Shown here: positions 9,332-18,056 of the stretch, piece by piece
Position numbering within the stretch: position 1 is the stretch's first letter
Layout of the letters: the number at the start of each line of letters is the position of its first letter
Assembly: GCA_943332615.1 (NCBI GenBank)
Contig: CALQQB010000015.1
Span: 3,238-67,237 of the forward strand
Source: Phenylobacterium deserti
Lineage (GTDB): Bacteria > Pseudomonadota > Alphaproteobacteria > Caulobacterales > Caulobacteraceae
Direction of reading: 5' to 3'
Length of the DNA: 64,000 bases
Notes under the pieces: generated by a model
Databases searched by the model: none
What the model saw: only the letters and a program-made list of their open reading frames with translations
What the model was told of the DNA's origin: nothing
Translations under genes and position numbers: made by a program

Positions 9332-9532
9332 ATGACTCAGCAGATCACGATCTTTGTATGCGAAACGGAGGCCAGGGCCGACGAGGCCGTCGCTTTTCTT
9401 GTCAGCTCAGGTTTTCCCCGTACGACGAAAGAGAACGTCGAACAGGACCTCGTCTACGACGGGACCACCTATGGCGCCGGAGGCGGCAATGATGGGCTGT
9501 TCGGCAAGTGGTTGGTGACGGGTCGCAACTAG
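9332..9532 (+). CDS. hypothetical small protein (66 aa)
   Basis: ATG-initiated ORF 14 nt after the lipoprotein gene, same strand, no signal peptide, no recognised family. Confidence 0.45.
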   Translation: MTQQITIFVCETEARADEAVAFLVSSGFPRTTKENVEQDLVYDGTTYGAGGGNDGLFGKWLVTGRN

Positions 9533-9596
9533 CCGCGAGTCGAAAGGAGCGATCCAGGGCTGGCGGAGTCTGCTGATTTGGGGGCAGAAAAGCGCC

Positions 9597-10328
9597 ATGC
9601 GCGTTTCAGTTGTCCTGTTCGTCGCCATCGTGCTCATGCTCGCCTGTTCCAGCCCCTCGCCGCAGGGCGCGGCTGCCAGGCCCAGCGCGGCGCGCACGGT
9701 CGATGGCTTCCCGGTTCCTGACCGGCCGGTGGCTGGCATCGTCTCGCCGATCTGGTCTTCGGGTCCGGACCGGGACGCGGTCGATGAGTCCGGCCAGCTG
9801 ATCCGGCGGCTCGGTATCAAGCCGGGTATGGCGGTGGCCGACATTGGGGCCGGGTCCGGCTACCACACGCTTCGCCTGTCGCCTGTGGTGGGCGACACGG
9901 GCGTGATCTACGCCGAGGACATCGTGGAGTCCTACATCTCGGGCCTGCGCCGCGAGGTGACCGCGCGCGGCCTTAAGAACGTCAGGATCGTGGTGGGCAC
10001 GGCCGACGATCCGAAGCTGCCCGAGCGCGGCGTGGACCGGGCGGTGATGGTCCACATGTACCATGAGATCGAGAACCCCTTCTCGGTGCTCTGGCATCTG
10101 GCGGGCTACTTGAAGCCGGGTGGCCGGGTGGCGGTCATCGACCTGGACCGCCCGACGCTCAGCCATGGCACGCCGCCCGCGCTGCTGAAATGCGAGTTCG
10201 AGGCCGTCGGCTATCGCCGGATCTCCCAGGCCGACCTGGACGGCGGCGTCGGCTACATCGCCATCTTCGAGGCGCCTGCGGCGGCGCCCAAGCCGCACGA
10301 TATCAAGCCTTGCAAGGCGCCACGGTAG
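9597..10328 (+). CDS. class I SAM-dependent methyltransferase with N-terminal signal/lipoprotein-like peptide
   Basis: Motif I VADIGAGSGYHTL. N-terminus MRVSVVLFVAIVLMLACSSP. Confidence 0.8.
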   Translation: MRVSVVLFVAIVLMLACSSPSPQGAAARPSAARTVDGFPVPDRPVAGIVSPIWSSGPDRDAVDESGQLIRRLGIKPGMAVADIGAGSGYHTLRLSPVVGDTGVIYAEDIVESYISGLRREVTARGLKNVRIVVGTADDPKLPERGVDRAVMVHMYHEIENPFSVLWHLAGYLKPGGRVAVIDLDRPTLSHGTPPALLKCEFEAVGYRRISQADLDGGVGYIAIFEAPAAAPKPHDIKPCKAPR

Positions 10329-10417
10329 CGGTCGGCAGACCCACCAGATCCGCAGGCTGGTGTCACGCTGCGGAAGGTCGCGTAGCGTCGCGGCCGTTCC
10401 ACCCACGAGGGCTACCC

Positions 10418-11260
10418 ATGAACGTCGTCCTGCCGCAGACGCGCGTCCGAAGGTTCGCTGGACGGGGCCTGGAGATCGTCGCAGATGAGGCTGGCGTCGT
10501 GGGCGGGGCACCGGTCATCCTGCTGCACGGCGGCGGGCAGACACGGGCGGCCTGGGGCGGCGCCCTTGCGGAGGGCGCGCGTCGTGGCTTCCATATGATC
10601 AGCGCCGACCTCCGCGGCCACGGCGAGAGCGGCTGGTCGCCGGACGCTGCTTACGGCATGGCCGACCACGCGTCCGACGTGGCTGCCATCGCCCGCAAAC
10701 TCGACCGACCGCCGTTCGTCGTCGGCGCATCGCTCGGGGGTATGGCAGGCTTGGCCTATGCGGCCGCCGGCCACGCGATGGCGGGCCTGGTGCTGGTCGA
10801 TATCGCGCCGACGGTGAACACCGCCGGGACCGACAAGATCCTGGCCTTCATGCACAGCGCGCCCGACGGCTTCGCCAGCATCGATGAAGCCGCTGACTCC
10901 GTCGCCGCCTATCTGCCAAACCGCCCGCGCCCGAAGGACCCGTCCGGCCTGATGAAGAACCTGCGGCTGCGCGAGGATGGCCGCTATCACTGGCACTGGG
11001 ACCCGCGGATGTTCGGCGAGGGCCGGGGGCCGCGCCATACTGACGGCCTGCGCGACGCGGCCCGCGACCTGAAGGTCCCCACCCTTCTGGTCCGTGGCCG
11101 CCTCTCGGAGGTGCTTTCGCAGGAAGGCGTGGATGACTTCCTGAGCCTGGTCCCACACGCCGAGTTCGCCGACATCGCCGGGGCCGACCACATGGTGGCG
11201 GGCGATCGCAACGACGCCTTCAACGCCGCGACTTTCGATTTCCTTGAGCGGCACCGGTAG
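10418..11260 (+). CDS. alpha/beta hydrolase
   Basis: HGGGQT oxyanion region and nucleophile elbow GASLGG. ATG at 10418 (MNVVLPQTRV); the upstream part of the 356-aa ORF overlaps the methyltransferase and is Arg/Gly-rich junk. Confidence 0.85.
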   Translation: MNVVLPQTRVRRFAGRGLEIVADEAGVVGGAPVILLHGGGQTRAAWGGALAEGARRGFHMISADLRGHGESGWSPDAAYGMADHASDVAAIARKLDRPPFVVGASLGGMAGLAYAAAGHAMAGLVLVDIAPTVNTAGTDKILAFMHSAPDGFASIDEAADSVAAYLPNRPRPKDPSGLMKNLRLREDGRYHWHWDPRMFGEGRGPRHTDGLRDAARDLKVPTLLVRGRLSEVLSQEGVDDFLSLVPHAEFADIAGADHMVAGDRNDAFNAATFDFLERHR

Positions 11261-11270
11261 CGCACGAGGC

Positions 11271-14200
11271 CTATGCGGCCTTGGCTGAGTCCCAGACGCC
11301 GTCCCAGTCGGCGGGGGGCGGGGAGGTAGCGAGCGTCCGTGACCGCTGCAGCATGAGCGCCGATGGCCCGTCGCCGGGGCTGGCGGCCAGCGCCGCCTCA
11401 AACGCCGCGATCGCCTCTTCCCAGCGACCGCCGGCCATTGCCTCCCGGCCCCGCGCATAGGCCTCGAGCGTGGCTGTGCTCACCTCGGCGTCGGCGGTCA
11501 GCACCTGGAAGATTCGCGCCGGGCGCTGGCGTCCACGCACCTTGATCGCGTCCAGCTCGCGCATCGGGTGCAGGCCCTCTGAGGCCTTGGCGGTGTCCTC
11601 GCAGATCACGATGCCGACGCCATAGGCCTTGGTGATCGCTTCCAGCCGGGACGCCAGATTCACGCTGTCGCCGATCACGGTGTAGTCCATCCGCTTGGGG
11701 CTGCCGATGGTGCCAGCGACCACGGCGCCGCTGGCGACGCCCACGCCCAGGCGAACGTCCGCCAAGCCTCGAGCACGCCGACGTCCGTTGATCGCCACGA
11801 TCATCGCCACCATCGACACGGCGCTATCGACGGCGTTCTGCGGGTCGCGGCCGGAACTCAACGGAGCGCCGTAGACGGCCATGATCGCGTCGCCGATGTA
11901 CTTGTCGAGCACGCCATCTGAGGCCGCCACCGCCTCGAACAGGTCGGTGAAAATCTCGTTCAGCATGTCGACGGTATCGCGCGGACCCAGGTGTTCGGCG
12001 AGGCTGGTGAACCCGCGGATATCGGCGAACAGCACACTGGCCTCGCAGGCGGCGCCGAACAGCAGCTCGTCCTCCCGGCCCATGATCTGGTCCACGACCT
12101 TCTGAGTCATGAACCGGCGCATGGCGCCCTGCAGACGTTTCCCCTCGCTGATGTCCTCGATGATGATCAGCAGGCCCGCCTGCTGGTCCTCGACGATCAG
12201 CGGCACGATGGAGATGTTGGCCGAGACGGTATTGCCCAGCACGGTCTTCATCTCGGCGTCGAGGAGCACCTTGGCCTGGCCGCTCTCGCCCACCGCGGCG
12301 AGCTCGGCCGACAGCCACGGATTGTTCTGCGCCCAGGCGCGCTGGGTCTCGGGCTTGGCTGCGTCCTCGGGCTCGACCTCCAGGATCTCGCAGGCCGCCG
12401 CGTTCAGCTTCACGACGCTGGCGTCGACGTCCAGGGTGACCACGCCCGACGACATCGAGCGCAGGATGCTGTCGTTGTAGTTCCGCTCGGCCTGCACCTC
12501 GCCGAACAGGGTGGCGTTCTCGATCGCCACCGCCGCCTGGGCCGCGAACGCCGTGATCCGCGCCACGTCGGCCTCGTCAAACACCAAGCCATCCCGGCGG
12601 TTGAAGGCCTGCATCACGCCCAGCTTCTTGCCCGCCCGTGTAACGATCGGCGCCGACAGCACTGTACGGGTGCGATAGCCCGTGGCCTTGTCGACATCCT
12701 GGTTGAAGCGCGGATCGGCATAGGCGTTGGTGACGTTCACCGGCACACCGAGGCGGAAGCAGGCGCCGGCCAGACCCGCCCCGGCCGGAAAGCGGATCAC
12801 CCGGCTGTCCACGCCCTCGGCCACCATCGACCACAGCTCGTCGTCGCGTTCGTCGTAGAGAAACAGTGAGCCGCGGTCGGCCTCCAGGATCTGCGAAGTT
12901 ACCTGAACGATCCGGGCCAGCAGGGTTTCCAGCTGGATCTCGCTGGCGATGGCGACATTGACGTCCAGCAGCTGGCGCAGCTCATCGGAGGTGTCTTCGG
13001 CCTCCTGGATGGCGACAGCCCAGCGCTCGGCCATGATCACGATGTGCGAGAACAGCATGACCAGCATGCCCAGCGGCATCAGGTCCAGGCCGAGGCCCCG
13101 CTCGGGCAACAAGCCGTTGGTCGTCAGGTCCGTGTAGATCAGGGCGCCGAAGAAAAACGCCATGCCCAGCAGGTAGATCGGCGCGCTTTCACGCTTGCGG
13201 ATCGTCGCGGCGGCCACCACGGCCAGGATGTAGCCCAGCGCCCCGATCCGCACCCATAGCGACGCGAAGGCCACGATCGAGAGACCCATGGTGCCGTTGG
13301 TGATGGCTCCGATCACATAGGCCGCCAGGTCTCCGAGGATCACCAGCCGCACGATCAGCGTCGGGATCGGGGAGCTCTCCTTCGGGAAGAGCTGCTGGGT
13401 GTAGGCCAGCATGGCGCCCAGGGAGACCAGCACGGTCACGTACTCGATCAGCCGCATGGCCAGCAGCGACAGTCCCGGCAGGGCCAGGAACATGAGATTG
13501 TCGTGGGCGAACACCGCCAGCACCGGTGTGATCGACAAAGCCGCGATGGCGAACCATAGCCACCCGCGTTCCTGCCGGCGGAAGACGTAGATCACCAGCC
13601 CGTAGCTCGCGAGCAGCAAGCAAGAGGCGAGCAACAGCAGGCCCCGCAGCCAGTGCAGCGCGATGTACCGGTTCATCGCCCGGGTTGGACCCAGCACCGG
13701 CGTGCCCTCCACGCCGTTATCGCGCTGGTGGAAAGCCGAGACATCGATCTGGATGTCGAGGGTGCGGCCGGGAACATCAAAGACCACGTCGTGAGATCGA
13801 ACCGTGGCCTGTGTGGTCGCCGCCGTGGGCCCGGGAACGCCCTCTTCGGACAGCGTCCGACCATTCAGGATCACTCGCGAGGCCGCATAGATGGTCGGTA
13901 CGTAGAGGGTGTAGCGGCCCGGCGTCAGGCCCTCCACCCTCAGGTGGTAGCTGGCCGCGCCCTGGTCGGGCAGTGACCCGCCCGGCGCGAGCTTTTCGGA
14001 CCAGCGGCCTGGCACCACCTGCAAGCGTTCGGTGCCTGCGGCCGGTCCCGGGGCGCCGCTATGCCATACCAGCCGCCACTTGCCGCGCAGCTCGACAGGC
14101 GCCGTCAGTCGCCCATAATCCGAGAAGTCCACCCGACCGGCCACGGGCCTTGGCGCGCTCCGGTCGATGCCGTCCACGAACAGCGGCGCGGAGAAGGCGC

Positions 14201-14342
14201 AGAGGATCGCGATCACCAGCAGGGCGAAGCGCAGCCGCGACCCACGCGGTCCCGCGCCGGTGTGCCGCGCCGCGCGCCTATCGGTCACTGCCCCCGCAGC
14301 CGTCATCCGCCCCCTCCGAAGAGGTATGACTATCGCATTCAA
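11271..14342 (-). CDS. 7TMR-DISM sensor / GAF / PAS / class III adenylate-guanylate cyclase
   Basis: 1023 aa. Periplasmic N-domain followed by about 7 TM helices; GAF (EADRGSLFLYDERDDELW); PAS-like segment; cyclase core VLFADIRGFTSLAE...YIGDAIMAVYGAP...GDSVNLASRLE; TPR-like tail. Confidence 0.9.
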   Translation of the reverse strand: MNAIVIPLRRGRMTAAGAVTDRRAARHTGAGPRGSRLRFALLVIAILCAFSAPLFVDGIDRSAPRPVAGRVDFSDYGRLTAPVELRGKWRLVWHSGAPGPAAGTERLQVVPGRWSEKLAPGGSLPDQGAASYHLRVEGLTPGRYTLYVPTIYAASRVILNGRTLSEEGVPGPTAATTQATVRSHDVVFDVPGRTLDIQIDVSAFHQRDNGVEGTPVLGPTRAMNRYIALHWLRGLLLLASCLLLASYGLVIYVFRRQERGWLWFAIAALSITPVLAVFAHDNLMFLALPGLSLLAMRLIEYVTVLVSLGAMLAYTQQLFPKESSPIPTLIVRLVILGDLAAYVIGAITNGTMGLSIVAFASLWVRIGALGYILAVVAAATIRKRESAPIYLLGMAFFFGALIYTDLTTNGLLPERGLGLDLMPLGMLVMLFSHIVIMAERWAVAIQEAEDTSDELRQLLDVNVAIASEIQLETLLARIVQVTSQILEADRGSLFLYDERDDELWSMVAEGVDSRVIRFPAGAGLAGACFRLGVPVNVTNAYADPRFNQDVDKATGYRTRTVLSAPIVTRAGKKLGVMQAFNRRDGLVFDEADVARITAFAAQAAVAIENATLFGEVQAERNYNDSILRSMSSGVVTLDVDASVVKLNAAACEILEVEPEDAAKPETQRAWAQNNPWLSAELAAVGESGQAKVLLDAEMKTVLGNTVSANISIVPLIVEDQQAGLLIIIEDISEGKRLQGAMRRFMTQKVVDQIMGREDELLFGAACEASVLFADIRGFTSLAEHLGPRDTVDMLNEIFTDLFEAVAASDGVLDKYIGDAIMAVYGAPLSSGRDPQNAVDSAVSMVAMIVAINGRRRARGLADVRLGVGVASGAVVAGTIGSPKRMDYTVIGDSVNLASRLEAITKAYGVGIVICEDTAKASEGLHPMRELDAIKVRGRQRPARIFQVLTADAEVSTATLEAYARGREAMAGGRWEEAIAAFEAALAASPGDGPSALMLQRSRTLATSPPPADWDGVWDSAKAA

Positions 14343-14413
14343 CTTCCGGGGAAGTCACCTACCCGCGCACGTTGGTTTCCAGCCTACTGCGGAAATGCCG
14401 GCCAGGGTGGCGG

Positions 14414-14692
14414 TCAGTGGCCGTCCGCCGGCGCGGGCTTCGCCGGGGACGTCCGCGCTTCCTCCGCGCGCGCACCGGACAGGGCGTTTGGGAGCGAGTA
14501 GTTGCCCTCCCACCAGCCGACGGAATCGCCCATCCAGGGGGTCATGGCGTCCGGGATGTGGCCACGCTCGCTCAGGCGAATGATCCGCACGTCGTGGTTC
14601 ATCTCGATGTAGATCGCGGGATGCTCCCACAGCTCCCGGCGCACCGACCAGTAGAAGGGCCGGATGCGGGATGGCGATGTGACGTCGCTCAC
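14414..14692 (-). pseudogene. deleted remnant of the secreted WxGxSxGxWEGDTLVV-family protein
   Basis: AIYIEMNHDVRIIRL...WMGDSVGWWEGNYSLPNALSGARA aligns to paralogue A (VLIVTEMVHDGRVVRL...WFGDSVGWYEGD ... HEGNYAMPGILGGSRA). About 70 internal residues and the whole N-terminal half are missing. Confidence 0.6.
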
Positions 14693-15143
14693 GTCAGACC
14701 TCCCACCACGGCCACGAACACATCGGCCAGGCCGGCGTTGCGGACCTCGCCAAGCAGGGCCAGGCGGTCGCGCGCGACGGTGTCGAAAATAAACAGACTG
14801 CGACCGAAGAGTTGTCTCTCGGAAAGTGGCTTCAGGGCCCGCGCCTCGGCGGCCTTTTCCGGGGTCACCCGCATCCAGCGCGGCAGCACCGCCACGTCGG
14901 CGATGAAGCAGACTTCGGTCATCAGCCGGTCGCGCTGGGTCCAGGGGTCCAGCCCCAGCACCCTCAACTGCCCCTCGAACGGGGTCAGGCCCAGGATGGC
15001 CTGCAGGGCGGTGCTCTTGCCCGCGCCGTTCGGGCCGTCAGGCCGACGATGCGGCCCGCCTCGACGGTGAGGTCGATGCCGTCCAGGGCGACGGTAGCGC
15101 CATAGCTGCGGCGCAGGTTGCGGGCGTCTAGGACAGGCGCCAT
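14689..15143 (-). pseudogene. ABC transporter ATP-binding protein, frameshifted and C-terminally truncated
   Basis: MAPVLDARNLRRSYGATVALDGIDLTVEAGRIVGL is followed, out of frame near 15035, by Walker A GPNGAGKSTALQ. Total length is about 150 aa, too short for an NBD, and the signature and Walker B regions are degenerate. Confidence 0.65.
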
Positions 15144-15147
15144 GGCC

Positions 15148-15516
15148 TCAGCCCTCCCCACGCTTGGGGGCCGCGGTCCCCAGCAGGTCGCCGGCCAGAC
15201 CCAACCGCAGGATCGTCGCATGAATCTGCGGCCACTGTTCGGTCAGAAACCGCTGGCGCTCGCCGGTCAGCAGCAGGACGCGCGCATCGGGTTTCACGAA
15301 CATCCCCAGGCCGCGCCGCTTGTCCACCAGACCCTCGGCCTCCAGCTGCTGGTAGGCCTTCAGCACGGTCAGCGGATTGACCCGCGAGTCGGTCGCTACA
15401 TTGCGCACCGAGGGCAGCGGATCGCCCTCGGCCAGCAAGCCATCGAGGATCATCGCCACCACGCGATCGTGGATCTGTCGGTAGATCGGCTGACTGTCGT
15501 TCCACTCTGGATCCAT
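15148..15516 (-). CDS. GntR family transcriptional regulator (short YtrA-like)
   Basis: MDPEWNDSQPIYRQIHDRVVAMILDGLLAEGDPLPSVRNVATDSRVNPLTVLKAYQQLEAEGLV; about 122 aa. Sits upstream of the decayed ABC gene, as in ytrA-ytrB arrangements. Confidence 0.85.
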   Translation of the reverse strand: MDPEWNDSQPIYRQIHDRVVAMILDGLLAEGDPLPSVRNVATDSRVNPLTVLKAYQQLEAEGLVDKRRGLGMFVKPDARVLLLTGERQRFLTEQWPQIHATILRLGLAGDLLGTAAPKRGEG

Positions 15517-15652
15517 CGTCCGTTCCGACTCGCGCGGCGGCAGGCTGAGACTCGGAAGCCGAAGTGGCCCGAGTCGCAGGCGACCCCGAATCTGCAAGCC
15601 GCCCCAACATTCCAACTCCGTGGCCGGCCGCATCTCCAGACTGGCGCTGCAA

Positions 15653-15676
15653 CGGTGTTATACTCAACTACATCAC
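15653..15676. promoter_or_regulatory. imperfect inverted repeat, possible GntR/YtrA operator
   Basis: GGTGTTATA-N6-TACATCACC (7 of 9 arm positions pair) in the divergent region between the gntR-like gene and the SDR gene. Confidence 0.25.
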
Positions 15677-15766
15677 CAATTCAAGCCTTGGCTTACGCGA
15701 CGTGACAGCTTCCCCAGGCCGCCCACCGCGCTAGGGTCGTTGCCAACGAACAGGGAAGGACGCGCC

Positions 15767-16759
15767 ATGAAGGACTTTGCCGGCAAATTTGCCGTGGTCA
15801 CCGGCGGGGGCACGGGCATGGGCCGTGAGCTCGCCCGCCAGCTGATCGCCGAGGGCTGCAGCGTGGCCATGTGCGACGTTTCCCAGAAGAACATGGAGCG
15901 CACCATCGCGCTCGCCACCGCCGACGGCATCCCGCAGGGCGCGAAGATCACCGCCCATGTGGCCGACGTGTCGGACGAGGCGCAGCTGATCGCCTTCCGC
16001 GACGAGGCCCTGAAGGCCCATGACATCGACCGGCTGCACCTGCTGTTCAACAACGCCGGCATCGGCGGCGGGGGCTCGATGATCAACACCGACCGGGCCG
16101 AGTGGGAGCGGACGTTCAACGTCTGCTGGGGCGGGGTCTACTTCGGCGTCCGCACCTTCCTGCCGGCGATGCTGAAGGCCGACGAGGGGCACATCATCAA
16201 CACCTCCTCGGTCAACGGCTTCTGGGCCAGCCTGGGGCCGAACGTCTCGCACACCGCCTATGCCGCGGCGAAGTTCGCGGTGAAGGGGTTCACCGAGGCC
16301 CTAGTCACCGACCTGCGGCTGACGGCGCCCCACATCAAGTGCTCGGTGGTGATGCCGGGCCACATCGGCACCGAGATCGCCGCCAACTCGCGCAAGGTCA
16401 TCGCCGGCACCGACGAGGACACGCTGTCGGCCGAGGAACTCGTCCGCGCCCGCAAGCGCATGGCGTCGGCCGGGGTGGATGTGTCGGCGATCCCCGACGA
16501 AGCCATCCAGGCCATGGTCACCGAGCAGGCCCGCCGCTTCCACGACGACGCGCCGATGACCGCCGCCGCCGCCGCCACGGTGATCCTGGACGGCGTCAAG
16601 GCCGACCGCTGGCGCATCCTGGTCGGCGACGACGCCGAGGCCCTCGACAAGATGGTCCGCGCCGCCCCGGAGCAGGCTTATGAGCCGGAGTTCTACCAGC
16701 GCATGGCGGCGGAGGCTGGCTGGAGGCTGGGCGTGGTCGCGGGCAACCGGCCGGACTGA
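15767..16759 (+). CDS. SDR family oxidoreductase
   Basis: VVTGGGTGMGRELA Rossmann motif, NNAG, catalytic YAAAK. SD GGGAAGGA upstream of ATG 15767. Confidence 0.9.
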   Translation: MKDFAGKFAVVTGGGTGMGRELARQLIAEGCSVAMCDVSQKNMERTIALATADGIPQGAKITAHVADVSDEAQLIAFRDEALKAHDIDRLHLLFNNAGIGGGGSMINTDRAEWERTFNVCWGGVYFGVRTFLPAMLKADEGHIINTSSVNGFWASLGPNVSHTAYAAAKFAVKGFTEALVTDLRLTAPHIKCSVVMPGHIGTEIAANSRKVIAGTDEDTLSAEELVRARKRMASAGVDVSAIPDEAIQAMVTEQARRFHDDAPMTAAAAATVILDGVKADRWRILVGDDAEALDKMVRAAPEQAYEPEFYQRMAAEAGWRLGVVAGNRPD

Positions 16760-16789
16760 GGCGGGCGGGACGCCTCGCCCCCCTCCTCC

Positions 16790-16915
16790 CGATCGTCCCG
16801 GCGAAGGCCGGGATCCAGATGAGATGGCTGGGAGATCGGCTCGAAGAGCGCCGAGCCTCTCCAATCCAGCTGCCGGCCTTGAGATCTGGCTTCCGGCTTT
16901 CGCCGGAACGCTCGG
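16790..16915. repeat. REP-like intergenic palindromic element
   Basis: Hairpins CCCGGC-GAAG-GCCGGG, GGCTCG-N-CGAGCC and CCGGC-TTTC-GCCGG. Translates as the WIPAFAG(T) pseudo-peptide typical of alphaproteobacterial intergenic repeats. Confidence 0.6.
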
Positions 16916-16953
16916 AGTTTGTATGGGGGATGGCGGTCGATTGAACCCGCCGC

Positions 16954-18015
16954 CTAGGGCTGCGAGCCAACCTTTGCCCCGCCCGCCTCGGCGCGGTCGG
17001 CGGCGCGGCTGCCGCCCAGGATGCCAGGCATGGCGTAGTTGCCTTCGTGGCAGGCGTACTCGTAGACGAGCCCCCCGAGAGCCGCGAATTCGTACTCGCC
17101 ACCCCAGGGCGTCTCCCAGACCGCGGAATCCTCGACGGTGAACTGGTAGCGCAGCCGCCCCTTGGCCACCCGGGTGAACCGCTCGGTGACCTTCAGGGTC
17201 TCCCAACTGCCGAAGAAGGCCTGGGCTTCCGGGAAGTTGGTGGTCTCGACCACCAACGTATCCCCCTCGTACCAGCCCACCGAGTCGCCGAACCAGGGGC
17301 GCAGAGCAGCCGGCGCGTGCTGGCGGGTGTTGAGCCGCACGACGCGGCCGTCATGGACCATCTCGGTGACGATCAGCACCGCGCCGGGCGACTGCTGGAT
17401 GACGTAGTTGTTGTTGTAGAAGCCGTTCGGCATCATCGGCGGCGGGCCGTTGCGGCCGAAGCTGGTCAGGCAGCGGTCGGCCAGGCTCATCTCTTCGGGA
17501 TTGTTGTAGCGGCGAGCGGTCTGCTGGTCCTCGCCGAACAGGGCGGCCGAACCGTACTGGTCGATGAAGTACGGCGAGCCGGAGAAGCTGCGCATCTGGG
17601 CGGCCGAGACCTTGGAGCCGGCGCGGGGCGGCGGGACCTGGCCATCGGCGGTGGTGATCAGGCTGGTCCGCGCCTCGCCGCCCACCCGCATCACGCGGAT
17701 GCCGGGGTCCAGGAAGCCACGATTGTAGCCGCCGACGCTGCCGTCGGTGACGGTCGGCGCGTTGGGGTCGGTCTTCTGGTTGCCGCGGGAGATCTGGGCC
17801 TCGGCGGCGCCCTCAATCTTCGTGACCTCGTCCGGCGTCATGGCGCGCCGGGCGCCGTATTGGGTCGGCCGGGTCTGGGGGGTCATGGTGGCGTTGGTCC
17901 ACGATCCCTCGAGGTCCGGCTGTCCCATGGTGTTGCGGGGCGCTTTCCACACAGGTGCGGAGAGCGAGCTCCCCGCCAGAGCCGCCAGCGCAAACCCCAG
18001 TACGATCGCACGCAT
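16954..18015 (-). CDS. secreted hypothetical protein, paralogue A of the WxGxSxGxWEGDTLVV family
   Basis: Signal peptide MRAIVLGFALAALAGSSLSA. Motifs PDLEGSW, DRCL, WFGDSVGWYEGDTLVVETT, YEYACHEGNY. Lies 41 nt downstream of the P450 gene on the same strand. Confidence 0.8.
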   Translation of the reverse strand: MRAIVLGFALAALAGSSLSAPVWKAPRNTMGQPDLEGSWTNATMTPQTRPTQYGARRAMTPDEVTKIEGAAEAQISRGNQKTDPNAPTVTDGSVGGYNRGFLDPGIRVMRVGGEARTSLITTADGQVPPPRAGSKVSAAQMRSFSGSPYFIDQYGSAALFGEDQQTARRYNNPEEMSLADRCLTSFGRNGPPPMMPNGFYNNNYVIQQSPGAVLIVTEMVHDGRVVRLNTRQHAPAALRPWFGDSVGWYEGDTLVVETTNFPEAQAFFGSWETLKVTERFTRVAKGRLRYQFTVEDSAVWETPWGGEYEFAALGGLVYEYACHEGNYAMPGILGGSRAADRAEAGGAKVGSQP

Positions 18016-18056
18016 ATCGAGCCTCCCCAGGCGTCTTGGCCGTTGTTCGTGTCCCC

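Noticed and set aside
9597-10328. Methyltransferase as an orphan DNA methylase or R-M component
   Set aside because: It has no DPPY/NPPY or cytosine-C5 motifs and no nuclease partner. Its hydrophobic N-terminal leader argues for a small-molecule or protein methyltransferase.
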